In this document: piece by piece, positions 25,858 through 36,869 of the stretch
Numbering within the stretch: the stretch's first letter is position 1
Layout of the letters: each line of letters starts with the position of its first letter
Assembly: GCA_030390025.1 (NCBI GenBank)
Contig: CM059432.1
Location: forward strand, 111,168,001 to 111,232,000
Direction of reading: 5' to 3'
Source of the DNA: Squalus acanthias
Taxonomy: Eukaryota
Length of the DNA: 64,000 bases
Made by a program: the position numbers and the translations under genes
Notes under the pieces: model-generated
Databases searched by the model: none
The model's input: the letters and a program-made list of their open reading frames with translations, nothing else
What the model was told of the DNA's origin: nothing

Positions 25858-26130
25858 AACAAATATTCCTCCTAATTTGTACTTGTACTGGGCGGGCTAC
25901 AAACTCCACTGAACGCGACTTTTTTGTCGATCGGCACTTTACATTTCATAACAACAAAAACAACAACTACCACTTAAAGCTGAAATTCAACACTGCAAGT
26001 AAATAAGGTTGATATTTATTGAACATGACTTACAGTTACATCATGCTGGAAATTTCTCCCGTCTGTCTTTCTCTGTTTCCCAGTGATGGAAAATTCTGTC
26101 AAGGTTGACAAACCACTTTTCCGCTAACAG

Positions 26131-28235
26131 GTCTCATTCTCCCTCTCCTCATTCTCCCTCTCCTCATTCTCCCTCTCCTCGCACATCCCATTCTCCCTCT
26201 CCTCGCACGTCCCATTCTCCCTCTCCTCGTTCTCCCTCTCCTCCCATGTCCCATTCTCCCTCTCCTCGTTCTCCCTCTCCTCACACGTCCCATTCTCCCT
26301 CTCCTCGCACGTCCCATTCTCCCTCTCCTCGTTCTCCCTCTCCTCGATCTCCCTCTCCTCCCACACCCCATTCTCCCTCTCCTCGTTCTCCCTCTCCTCC
26401 CACGCCCCGTTCTCCCTCTCCTTGTTCTCCCTCTCCTCGTTCTCCCTCTCCTCGTTCTCCCTCTCCTCGATCTCCCTCTCCTCCCATGCCCCGTTCTCCC
26501 TCTCCTCGTTCTCCCTCTCCTCCCATGCCCCGTTCTCCCTCTCCTCATTCTCCTTCTCCTCGCACGTCCCATTCTCCCTCTCCTCATTCTCCCTCTCCTC
26601 GTTCTCCCTCTCCTCGTTCTCCCTCTCCTCGTTCTCCCTCTCCTCTTTCTCCCTCTCCTCACACGTCCCATTCTCCCTCTCCTCCCATGCCCCATTCTCC
26701 CTCTCCTTGTTCTGCCTCTCCTCGTTCTCCCTCTCCTCACACGTCCCATTCTCCCTTTCCTCCCATGCCCCATTCTCCCTCTCCTCGTTCTCCCTCTCCT
26801 CGTTCTCCCTCTCCTCGTTCTCCCTCTCCTCGTTCTCCCTCTCCTCACACACCTCGTTCTCCCTCTCCTCGTTCTCCCTCTCCTCGTTCTCCCTCTCCTC
26901 GTTCTCCCTCTCCTCGTTCTCCCTCTCCTCACACGCCTCATTCTCCCTCTCCTCGTTCTCCCTCTCCTCGTTCTCCCTCACCTCGTTCTCCCTCACCTCG
27001 TTCTCCCTCTCCTCACACACCCCATTCTACCTCTCCTCACACGTCCCATTCTACCTCTCCTCACACGTCCCATTCTACCTCTCCTCACACATCCCATTCT
27101 ACCTCTCCTCACACATCCCATTCTACCTCTCCTCACACATCCCATTCTACCTCTCCTCTCATCCCATTCTACCTCTCCTCACACATCCCATTCTACCTCT
27201 CCTCACACATCCGATTCTACCTCTCCTCGCACACCCCATTCTACCTCTCCTCTCATCCCATTCTACCTCTCCTCACACGCCCCATTCTACCTCTCCTCAC
27301 TGGTCCCATTCTACCTCTCCTCACACGTCCCATTCTACCTCTCCTCACACGTCCCATTCTACCTCTCCTCTCATCCCATTCTACCTCTCCTCACACATCC
27401 CATTCTACCTCTCCTCACACATCCCATTCTACCTCTCCTCACACATCCCATTCTACCTCTCCTCACATCCCATTCTACCTCTCCTCTCATCCCATTCTAC
27501 CTCTCCTCACACGCCCCATTCTACCTCTCCTCTCATCCCATTCTACCTCTCCTCACTGGTCCCATTCTACCTCTCCTCGCACACCCCATTCTACCTCTCC
27601 TCTCATCCCATTCTACCTCTCCTCACACGCCCCATTCTACCTCTCCTCACATCCCATTCTACCTCTCCTCTCATCCCATTCTACCTCTCCTCACACGCCC
27701 CATTCTACCTCTCCTCTCATCCCATTCTTCCTCTCCTCACACACCCCATTCTACCTCTCCTCACACACCCCATTCTACCTCTCCTCACACATCCCATTCT
27801 ACCTCTCCTCGCACACCCCATTCTACCTCTCCTCACATCCCATTCTACCTCTCCTCACACATCCCATTCTACCTCTCCTCGCACACCCCATTCTACCTCT
27901 CCTCACTGGTCCCATTCTACCTCTCCTCACACACCCCATTCTACCTCTCCTCACACATCCCATTCTACCTCTTCACACATCCCATTCTACCTCTCCTCAC
28001 ACATCCCATTCTACCTCTCCTCACACATCCCATTCTACCTCTCCTCACACGTCCCATTCTACCTCTCCTCTCACAGCCCATTCTACCTCTCCTTGCACGC
28101 CCCATTCTACCTCTCCTCCCGTCACATTCTACCTCTCCTCACACGCCCCATTCAACCTCTGCTCTCAAGTCCCATTCTTCCTCTCCTCACACTCCCCATT
28201 CTACCTCTCCTCACACGTCCCATTCTTCCTCTCTA
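26131..28235. repeat. Pyrimidine-rich minisatellite (15-bp CGTTCTCCCTCTCCT and 24-bp CCCATTCTACCTCTCCTCACACAT units)
   Basis: Direct periodicity; the array resumes after the CR1, at 31828-32000. Confidence 0.95.
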
Positions 28236-28569
28236 AGGCAGGGAATTCATCATCCAGGGGTATTCAATATTCAGGAAGGACAGACAAAAAGGAAAAGGAG
28301 GTGGGGTAGCATTGCTGGTTAAAGAGGAGATTAACACAATAGTAAGGAACGATATTAGCTCTGATGATGTGGAATCTGTATGGGTAGAGCTGAGAAATAC
28401 CAAGGGGCAGAAAATGTTAGTGGGAGTTGTATACAGACCCCCAAACAGTAATGCTGAGGTTGGGGATGGCATTAATGGGAAATTAGAGACTCGTACAATA
28501 AGGGCACCACAGTTATCATGGGTGACTTTAATCTACATATAGATTGAGCTAACCAAATTAGTAACAATA

Positions 28570-28657
28570 CCTGACGAAGGAGCGAACTGCTCCGAAAGCT
28601 TGTAAAATTAAATAAATCTGTTGGACTATAACCTGGTGTTGTGCGACTTCTCATTTT
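28570..28657 (+). mobile_element. 88-bp Penelope terminal-repeat fragment with hammerhead-like motif
   Basis: Flanked by TAACAATA (28562-28569, 28658-28665); near-identical to 33154-33241. Confidence 0.82.
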
Positions 28658-30163
28658 TAACAATATTGTGGAGGAGGAATTCCTAGAGTGTATACGGGAT
28701 GGTTTCCTGGACCAATACGTCGAGGAACCAACTAGAGATCAGGCCATCTTAGACTGGGTATTATGTAATGGGAAAGGATTAATTAGAAATCTTGTTGTGC
28801 GAGGCCGCGTGGGGAGGAGCGATCATAATATGATAGAATTCTTCATTAAGATGGAGAGTGAAGTAGTTGACTCAGAGATTAGGGTCCTGAATTTAAATAA
28901 AGGAACCTATGATGGTAGGAGGCGCGAGTTGTCTAGGGTGGATTGGGGAGCATTACTTAAAGGGTTGACGGTGGATAGGCAATGGCAAACATTTAAAGAT
29001 CACATGGATGAACTACAGAATTTGTTCATCCCTGTTTGGCATAAAAATAAAACAAAAAAGGTGACCCAACCGTGGCTAACAAGGGAAATTAGGGATAGCA
29101 TAAGATCCAAGGAGAGGACATATAAATTGGCCAGAAAAAGCAGTAAACCTGAGGATTGGGAGCAGTTTAGGAGTCAGCAAAGGAGGACAAAGGGATTAAT
29201 TAAGAGGGGGAAAATAGAATATGAGAGTAAGCTTGCAGGGAACATAAAAACTGACTGTAAAAGCTTCTATAGATATGTGAAGAGAAAAAGATTGGTGAAG
29301 TCAAGCGTAGGTGCCTTGCAGTCAGAATCAGGGGAATTTATAATGGGGAACAAAGAAATGGCTGACAAATTAAATACATACTTTGGTTCTGTCTTCACAA
29401 AGGAGGACACAAATAAACTCCCAGAGATGTCGGGGAACATAGGGTCTAATGAGAGGGAGGAATTGAATGAAATCAGTATTTGTAGGGAAATGGTGTTAGG
29501 GAAATTGATGGGATTGAAGGACGATAAATCCCCAGGGCCTGATAATCTACATCCTAGGGTACTTAAGGAAGTGGCCCTAGAAATAGTAGATGCATTGCTG
29601 GTCATCTTTCAAAATTCTATAGACTCTGGAACAGTTCCCATGGATTGGAGGGTAGCTAATGTAACCCCACTATTTAAAAAAGGTGGTAGAGAAAAAACGG
29701 GGAATTATATGTAAGCCTGACATTGGTAGTGGGCAAAATACTAGAGTCCATTATAAAAGATGTAATCGCAGAGCACTTGGAAAACAGTGACAGGATCGGA
29801 CAAAGTCAACATGGATTTACAAAAGGGAAATCATGCTTGACTAATCTACTGAAATTTTTTGAGGATGTAACTGATAGAATAGATAAGGGAGAAACAGTGG
29901 ATGTGGTGTATTTGGACTTTCAGAAGGCTTTCGATAAGGTCCCGCATAAGAGATTAGCGAGCAAAGTTAAAGCACATGGGATTGGGGGTAAGGTACTGAT
30001 TTGGAGAGAGAACTGGCTGGCAGACAGGAAGCAAAGAGTTGGAATAAACGGGTCTTTTTCCAAGTGGCAGGCAGTGACTAGTGGGGTATCACAGGGATCG
30101 GTGCTAGGACCACAGCTATTCACAATATATATTAATGATCTAGACAAGGGAACTAGATGTAAT

Positions 30164-30882
30164 GGCCCAAAAATTCGTGAGTGAGCCTTCGTGCGAGGGT
30201 AAGGCCTTCTCGCGATCTCTCACTGCGCGCTGGCTTTTTCAGTCCGAGCTCGCACGAACTTGATGTTCTGGACAGCAGCTGTGCAGGGCTTTCGTATCCC
30301 ACAGGCGTAGTTAATTCGTGCGAGCTGTGGATCACGTGACTCAGTTAGAGCCAATGGCAGCACACCATCTTTCTGTGAAAGCTATGAATACTATACCCCC
30401 CCAAAAGAACAGCTAAACCTCAATTAAATTAAAAAAAAACCCATCACATTAATAAAATAAGTATAGTTAAATAAATTAACCATTTTAAACAAAAAATTAA
30501 ATTTTTGAAAAAATTTAAAATCTTTTAAAAAGTTATAAAAATAAACTTACCTGTCTTTAAAGTCGCTAAAAAAGATATACCTGTTAAAAAAAATTCAAAA
30601 TAATACTTAATTAAGTACTTACCTTGTTAAAAGAGGGTCCTACGCCTCCTTTCTTTATGTCTAAAATCTTCCATGCTTACCTGCGCGTTCAAAGCACTAA
30701 GTGCACTGCGTGCGCGCAGCCTGTAGCGCGCACGCGGTTCACCTAGGAACCGCCCCCTTTTGAATTCAACAAGTGCCGGTTTTCAGCGCATGCGCAGTGC
30801 ATGCAGAAAACCGGCAATTGAAGACAGAATATGCGAGAGTACACAATGCGTACTCTCACGTAGCGGCACTAATTTTTGGGCC
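30164..30882. mobile_element. 719-bp Harbinger-type MITE
   Basis: TIR GGCCCAAAAATT(C/A)GTG, TSD AAT; removing it restores CR1 GTRCNISKFADD. Confidence 0.93.
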
Positions 30883-31827
30883 AATATCTCTAAGTTTGCA
30901 GATGACACAAAGTTGGGTGGGCGTGTGTGCTGTGAGGAGGATGCAGAGAAACTCCAGTATGATTTGGACAGGTTGGGTGATTGGGCAGATGCATGGTAGA
31001 TGCAGTATAATGTGGATAAATGCGAGGTTATCCACTTTGGTGTCAAAAACAGGAAGACAGATTATTATCTGAACGGCAATAGATTGGGAAAAGGGGAAGT
31101 GCAACGAGACCTGGGAGTCCTTGTGCACCAGTCGCTGAAGGTAAGCATGCAGATGCAGCAGGCGGTTAAGAAGGCAAATGGTATGTTGGCCTTCGTAGCG
31201 ATAGGATTCGAGTACAGGAGCAAGGATGTCTTGCTGCAGTTGTACAAGGCCTTGGTGAGACCACACCTTGAGTATTGTGTGCAGTTTTGGTCGCCTTATC
31301 TGAGGAAGGATGTTCTTGCCATGGAGGGAGTGCAGCGAAGATTTACCAGACTGATACCTGGGATGGCAGGAATGACGTACGAGGAGAGATTGGGTCGATT
31401 GGGCTTATACTCGCTGGAGTTTAGAAGAATGAGAGGAGATCTCATTGAAACTTATAAAATTCTAACAGGGCTAGACAGACTAGATGCAGGAAGGATGTTC
31501 CCGATGGCGGGTGAGTCCAGAACAAGCGGTCACAGTCTAAAGATAAGGGGTAAGCCATTTAGGACAGAGATGAGGAGGAATTTCTTCACCCGGAGAGTGG
31601 TGAACCTGTGGAATTCTCTACCACAGAAGGCAGTTGAGGCCACGTCAGTAAATATATTCAAGAAGGAGATAGATATATTTCTTAAGGCTAAAGGTATCAA
31701 GGGATATGGGGAGAAGGCAGGGACAGGGTACTGAGTTTGGATGATCAGCCATGATCTCATCGAATGGCGGAGCAGGCTCGAGGGGCTGAATGGCCTACTC
31801 TTGCTCCTATCTTCTATGTTTCTATGT

Positions 31828-32000
31828 TACCTCTCCTCACACATCCCATTCTACCTCTCCTCACACGCCCCATTCTACCTCTCTTCACACATCCCATTCT
31901 ACCTCTCCTCACACATCCCATTCTACCTCTCCTCACACATCCCATTCTACCTCGCTCCTCATATCTGTCCCATTCTCCCTCTCCTCACACATCCCACTCC
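31828..32000. repeat. Right remnant of the 24-bp minisatellite
   Basis: CCCATTCTACCTCTCCTCACACAT units. Confidence 0.9.
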
Positions 32001-32844
32001 TTGACTGTTAGCGCTCGTTTCCTGACAGAAGAGCTCACACTTTCAGGTGAATAGATGAAATGCAATAGGAGTGGGGGCGGGGGGGGGTGCATACAGCTTG
32101 AAAATCTGGGCTTCGATCATAAATAATCTTAAAAATCCATTCATCTTGCCAAACAGTGAAATGAAATCACATAATCCTGTCGCTCATCAATTATCCATTA
32201 ACCTAGACCACAAAAAGCAGGACAAATCCAATCTGGCCAATTACCACCCCATCAGTCTACTCTCAATCATCAGCAAAGTGATGGAAGGTGTCATCGACAG
32301 TGCTATCAAGCAGCAATTACTCAGCAATAACCTGCTCACTGATGCCTAGTTTGGGTTCTGCCAGGACCACTCAGCTCCAGACCTTAAGATGGACAAAGGA
32401 GCTGAATTCCAGAGGTGAGGTGAGAGTGACTGCCCTTGACATCAAGGCAGCATTTGACCGAGTGTGGCATGAGGAGCCCTAGTAAAAGTGAAGTCAATGG
32501 GAATCGGGGGGAAAACTCTCCACTGGCTGGAGTCATACCTAGCACAATGGAAAATGGTTATGGTGATAGAAGGTCAATCATCACAGCCCCAGGACATTGC
32601 TGCAGGAGATCCTCAGGGCAGTGTCCTAGGCCCAACCATCTTCAGCTGCTTCATCAATGACCTTCCCTCCAACATAAGGTCAGAAATGGGGATGTTCACT
32701 GATGACTGCACAGTGTTCAGTGCCATTCACAACTCCTCAGATAATGAAGCAGTCCATACCCGCATGCAACAAGACCTGGATGACATTCAGGCTTGGAGCA
32801 ATAAGTGGCAGGTAACATTCGTGTCACAGAAGTGCCAGGCAATG

Positions 32845-33277
32845 AAACTGATAGCCAAGTTCCGCACTCATGAGGATGGCCTCAATCGCGATATCGGGTT
32901 CATGTCACGATACAGAACGTGACTTGACATCATGGCCGGTCTTTCCAGCTTTTTAAAAAAAAACTAACACAAGAACCAAACTCAACTGCAGAGGATATGC
33001 AGCCAGCAGGTGTTTTGACACGTTGGACCCCCTGGGACACATCTCATTGTCTTGGCTGTGCTCTTAGTGTGTCTTTGATGTAGGGAAAGATTTGAATACA
33101 TTTTTTCTGTGTTTATATTGTGAATTCTGGGAGATTCTCTCACAGCTACTCTACCTGAGGAAGGGGCGACAGCTCCGAAAGCTTGTAATTTTAAATAAAT
33201 CTGTTGGACTATAACCTGGTGTTGTGCGACTTCTCATTTTTGTCTACCCCAGTCCAACGCTGGCATCTCCACATCAT
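32845..33277 (+). mobile_element. Penelope-like element 3' fragment (GIY-YIG C-terminus plus terminal repeat)
   Basis: KLIAKFRTHEDGLNRDIGFMSRY*; terminal repeat CTGAGGAAGG..CCGAAAGCTTG..AATAAATCTGTTGGACTATAACCTGGTG; interrupts the LINE at KCQAM. Confidence 0.82.
33152..33187 (+). ncRNA. Minimal type I hammerhead ribozyme-like motif
   Basis: TAC-CTGAGGA-A-GGGGC(GACA)GCTCC-GAAA-GCTT-GTA: core boxes, 5-bp stem II, palindromic stem III (AAGCTT), 3-bp stem I. Confidence 0.6.
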
Positions 33278-34498
33278 ATCTCCAACAAGCAAGAGTCTAA
33301 CTACCGCCCCTTGACATTCAATGGCATTAGCATCACCGAATCCCCCACCATCAATATCCTGGGAGTCACCATTGACCAGAAACTTAACTGGACCAGCCAC
33401 ATAAATACTGTGGCAACACGAGCAGGTCAGAGGCTAGGTATTTTGTGGCGAGTGTCTCACCTCCTGACTCCCCAAAGCCTTTCCACCATCTAAAAGGCAC
33501 AAGTAAGGAGTGTGATGGTATACTCTCCACTTGCCTGGATGAGTGCAGTTCCAACATCACTCAAGAAGCTCGACACCATCCAGGACAAAGCAGCCCGCTT
33601 GATTGGCACCCCATCCACCACCTTAAACATTCACTCCCTCCACCACCGGCGTACCATGGCTGCAGTGTGTGCCATCTACAAGGTGCACTGCAGCAACTCG
33701 CCAAGGCTTCTTCGGCAGCACTACCCAAACCCGCAACCTCTACCACCTAGAAGGACAAGGGCAGCAGGCGCATGGGAACACCACCACTTCCAAGTTCCCC
33801 TCCAAGTCACACGTACTTAGAAGTATATCACCGATCCTTCATCGTTGCTGGGTCAAAATCCTGGAACTTCCTACCTAACAGCACTGTGGGAGTACCTTCA
33901 CCACACGGACTGCAGCGGTTCAAGAAGGCGGCTCACCACCACCTTCTCAAGGGCAATTAGGGATGGGCAATAAATGCTGGTCTTGCCAGCGATGCCCACA
34001 TCCCACAAACGAATAAAAAAAAGACAGCTTCAATTAACCTGCGGTTTCCAGACTGGTATATTTGGCTCAATCAATGCTAAAGGCAGGTGTTTATTAACCG
34101 TGCTCCATATATATGATCAATAACCCAATCTGCATCATAAACCTGCCCGTCAGGAAGCATTAGGTGCTCATTGAGGCTAAATCCAAAGATCAGTTTCACC
34201 CCAGACTGTGTGTTTTTACCTGGCCATGATGGGATGTGCCCACTGCTTTTGTGACCTTTAGTTGCTGTGGGCCTTTCTGGGTCATTGGGCTCCAGGTTGA
34301 GTCCTGGGGCATTGAGTGCTGCTGAATGGGGAGCACTCCCGAGTCTCGCTCTCCTCCAGGGCTGTCAACCAGACGCTCCGCGGGCCCAATCACTTTCACC
34401 CGGCTCAGCCCTTCCCCCTCACAGGCCGACCGGCTACCGGGGAATTTTCCCCGAGTCTCTTCAACAAACCTTGACTGATTAACCCAGGGCGCTCTCAC

Positions 34499-34795
34499 CT
34501 TCTGAGACTCTGTCTCTCCCGGGACTCTGAGGCCCATTCCGGCTGCACGCCTCCTGCCCTTCTCCTCATGCGCTGTTCACTTCCGGACACATTTCCCCTC
34601 CACCTGCGCGAGCGAGCTGCTCCTCCAATCACAGCTGTGCACGTTTCCCGCGCTCTGGCCAGCGGCTCGCGCTTTTGCCGTTGGGTTTTGCTGCTCGGCC
34701 CCGCCCCCCACTCGTGCTCACTGTTGTGCGCCGCCTGTGTCTTTCAGTGCGCCGGACCTTACAGATTGCTGTGCGACCGCGCATGCGCGCACCTT
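34499..34795 (-). promoter_or_regulatory. CpG-rich promoter-like segment with candidate first exon
   Basis: High CpG density; GCGCATGCGC (NRF1-type) at 34779-34788; GC box at 34697-34709; minus-strand donor AAG|GTGAGA after 34499. Confidence 0.5.
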
Positions 34796-34905
34796 AGACA
34801 GAACATTGGTGACAAGAGCTTCTCTGGCAGGCCGACCATTGCGCCAAGCATTTCCGCGTGCATGCCCATCGCTCTTCTTCTGAAGGCCGCCCCATCAAAG
34901 TCTCC

Positions 34906-35818
34906 ACCTGCACACGGTGAGTCACCGGGCATGAGTGGTCTGCAGCCAGGGCAGGGGGCAAGGGTAGTGGAGGTGCCAACTCCCAGAGGGCGAGGTCGCA
35001 CACCTGTTCTGCTGCACAGGACTCCGCTGAGGACTTCGATGGGGCGGCCTACAGAAGAAGGCTGATGGGTATGCACAATGAAATGCTTGGTGCATTGGCA
35101 GGCATGCCAGAAAGCCTGCGCGCAATGTCAAGGAGCATGGAGGAGTCCGGCATCAACATTGCACAGAGATTTGCGCAGACCTTGGAGCCCATGATTTCCA
35201 GGATGGAAGTGGTGGGCAACTCCATTAGCGCACTTGCAGACCCAACCATGATACAGTGTCTGATGGCTGATGTCTCTGCTTCCACTGCAGCACAAGCAGA
35301 AGCCACCCAATGTCTGGTTGCTGTAGTAGAAGCTCAGACTGAAGTCATGCAGGCTCAGCTTGCTGCAATCATGGCTGAGATTACCAGTGTTGAAAGGGGC
35401 TTGCAGGGTGTCCCAGCAGTCCAGCAATCTGTCCTCCAACAGATTACTAGGATTGCTGAGGCGCCACCCCCAGGGGAGTGGTAGTGGTTCCGTGGAGCAT
35501 GAACCTGCTGTCCTCTCTCAGGAGGACAACATTCGTCCTCCCATCACTGCCACTCCGCCAGTGCCCTTGCTTTTGCCCGTCAGCCAGCCAGCCCAGACTG
35601 CTGCCACCCATGCCGAGGTGGTGCAGTCTACAGTCGGGCCTTCTAGGCCCAGAGCTGCTCGAGGTCATCCTGCAAGGCCATCTGTAGTCTCCCCCTCTGA
35701 AAGTCAGCAGGCTTCCACCAGCCATGCTGCAGCCACTGGGGTAGCACTGCGTAGGAGCACTCGGACAGGCAAAGGCACACGGAAGACAGGCACTAAGGGA
35801 ACGCACAAGGGTAATTAG
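34906..35818 (+). pseudogene. Harbinger Myb-type ORF, last exon fragment
   Basis: ORFs 35065-35484 and 35360-35818 are homologous to 20105-21091. Confidence 0.85.
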
Positions 35819-35971
35819 TTGACTTTAGTATGTTATATTGGATGGTTTGATTTATTAATTTGGTTTGGAATCTTTTATTGTAGCATTATGGCCATGAGGA
35901 CGCTGTGATGGTCAGTAAAAGTGGGAAGGTAAAGTATGGGACTATTGTTGAATGGGGAATTGGGGTTGCGT

Positions 35972-36766
35972 TCACTGGTACCGCAGTCGGATGAGTCGAT
36001 CACGGACAAATCGGCTAGAATGAGGCTGTGTTGGTTGCCTCCTCCCTTCCTCCTCTTCCTCCTCGTCCTCCTCCTCCTCCGTTTCCTCCTCCTTCTCCTC
36101 TTCCTTCTCCTCCTCTTCTTTCTCCTCCTCCTCCCCAGCTGGTCTCCATATGTCTGGTAGCAAGGGCTGTGCCCTCATGATGGAGAGGTTGTGCAGCATG
36201 CAGCAGACCACGACGAATCTTGAGACGTGCTCTGGTGAGTACTGCAGGGCTCCTCCAGCATGTTCCAGGCAGCGGAAGCGTTGGTTAGTGACGCCACTGG
36301 TCTGCTCAACACATTCCGTGTGGCAACATGGCTTCCATTGTACGCATGCTGCTCAGGTGTGCTTGGGTTGCACATCGGAGTCGTGAGCCAGGTGGTCAGC
36401 GGATAGCCCTTGTTGCCCAGTAGCCACCCTCTGGTTTGTTGTGGTGGCTCAAATGCAGATGGTACAGTGAACTGTCGCAGAATGAAGGCACCATGGCTGC
36501 TGCCAGGATACCGAGCATTGACCTGCATGATACGCTGAGTATGGTCGCACCCCAGCTGGAGATTGAGGGAGTGGAATCCCTTCCGGTTGCGGTACATCTC
36601 CGAGTTCATATGTGGCGCCCGCAAAGCGACATGTGTGCTGTCAATGGGACCCTGATCCGTGGGGAAACCTGCTATCCTGGTGAAGCTGCGTGCTCGCTCT
36701 GCCTGCTTCTCTCTGGCAAGAGAGAATGAAATGCATTCACCTCTCTTTGCATACAGAGCCTCAGTG
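35972..36766 (-). pseudogene. Harbinger transposase 3' two-thirds
   Basis: ORF 36175-36816 AGFP..IDSTHVALRAP..YRNRKGFHSLNLQ..VNARYPGSSH..WLLGNKGYPL; ORF 35972-36211 CCMLHNL plus poly-E. Confidence 0.92.
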
Positions 36767-36869
36767 GCCCACACCAGAAGTGTGTGCGCATAGTGCGGAC
36801 ACCATTTTTGACACAAAATGGCACCCGTAGCACCAAAAAATGGGCGCTAAGGAGCCGAATTTCACAGCC

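Larger units (their letters stand above)
28236..31827 (+). mobile_element. CR1 LINE (most of ORF2 plus 3' tail) inserted in the minisatellite
   Basis: ORFs 28312-28542, 28641-29714, 29723-30184 and 31000-31734 with EN/RT motifs; tail TTCTATGTTTCTATG. Confidence 0.94.
32208..34023 (+). mobile_element. Second LINE family (CR1 group, possibly L2/Crack-like), RT to 3' end
   Basis: NYHPISLLSIISKVME, ALDIKAAFDRVWH, PQGSVLGP, FTDD; tail GGCAATAAATGCTGG..AATAAAAAAA. Clade uncertain. Confidence 0.85.
23282..36869. mobile_element. 13.6-kb interval bounded by Harbinger-type TIRs with AGC TSD
   Basis: Left end AGCCGTGAAATTCGGCAGCTTAGCGCC; right end (reverse complement) GGCTGTGAAATTCGGCTCCTTAGCGCC; AGC at 23279-23281 and 36870-36872; the flanking CR1 joins colinearly. 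Confidence 0.8.

Noticed and set aside
26099..28309. 734-aa Ser/Pro/His ORF and protamine-like or EEREN ORFs on the minus strand
   Set aside because: These are minisatellite translations: the strand composition excludes stops and several frames are open at once.
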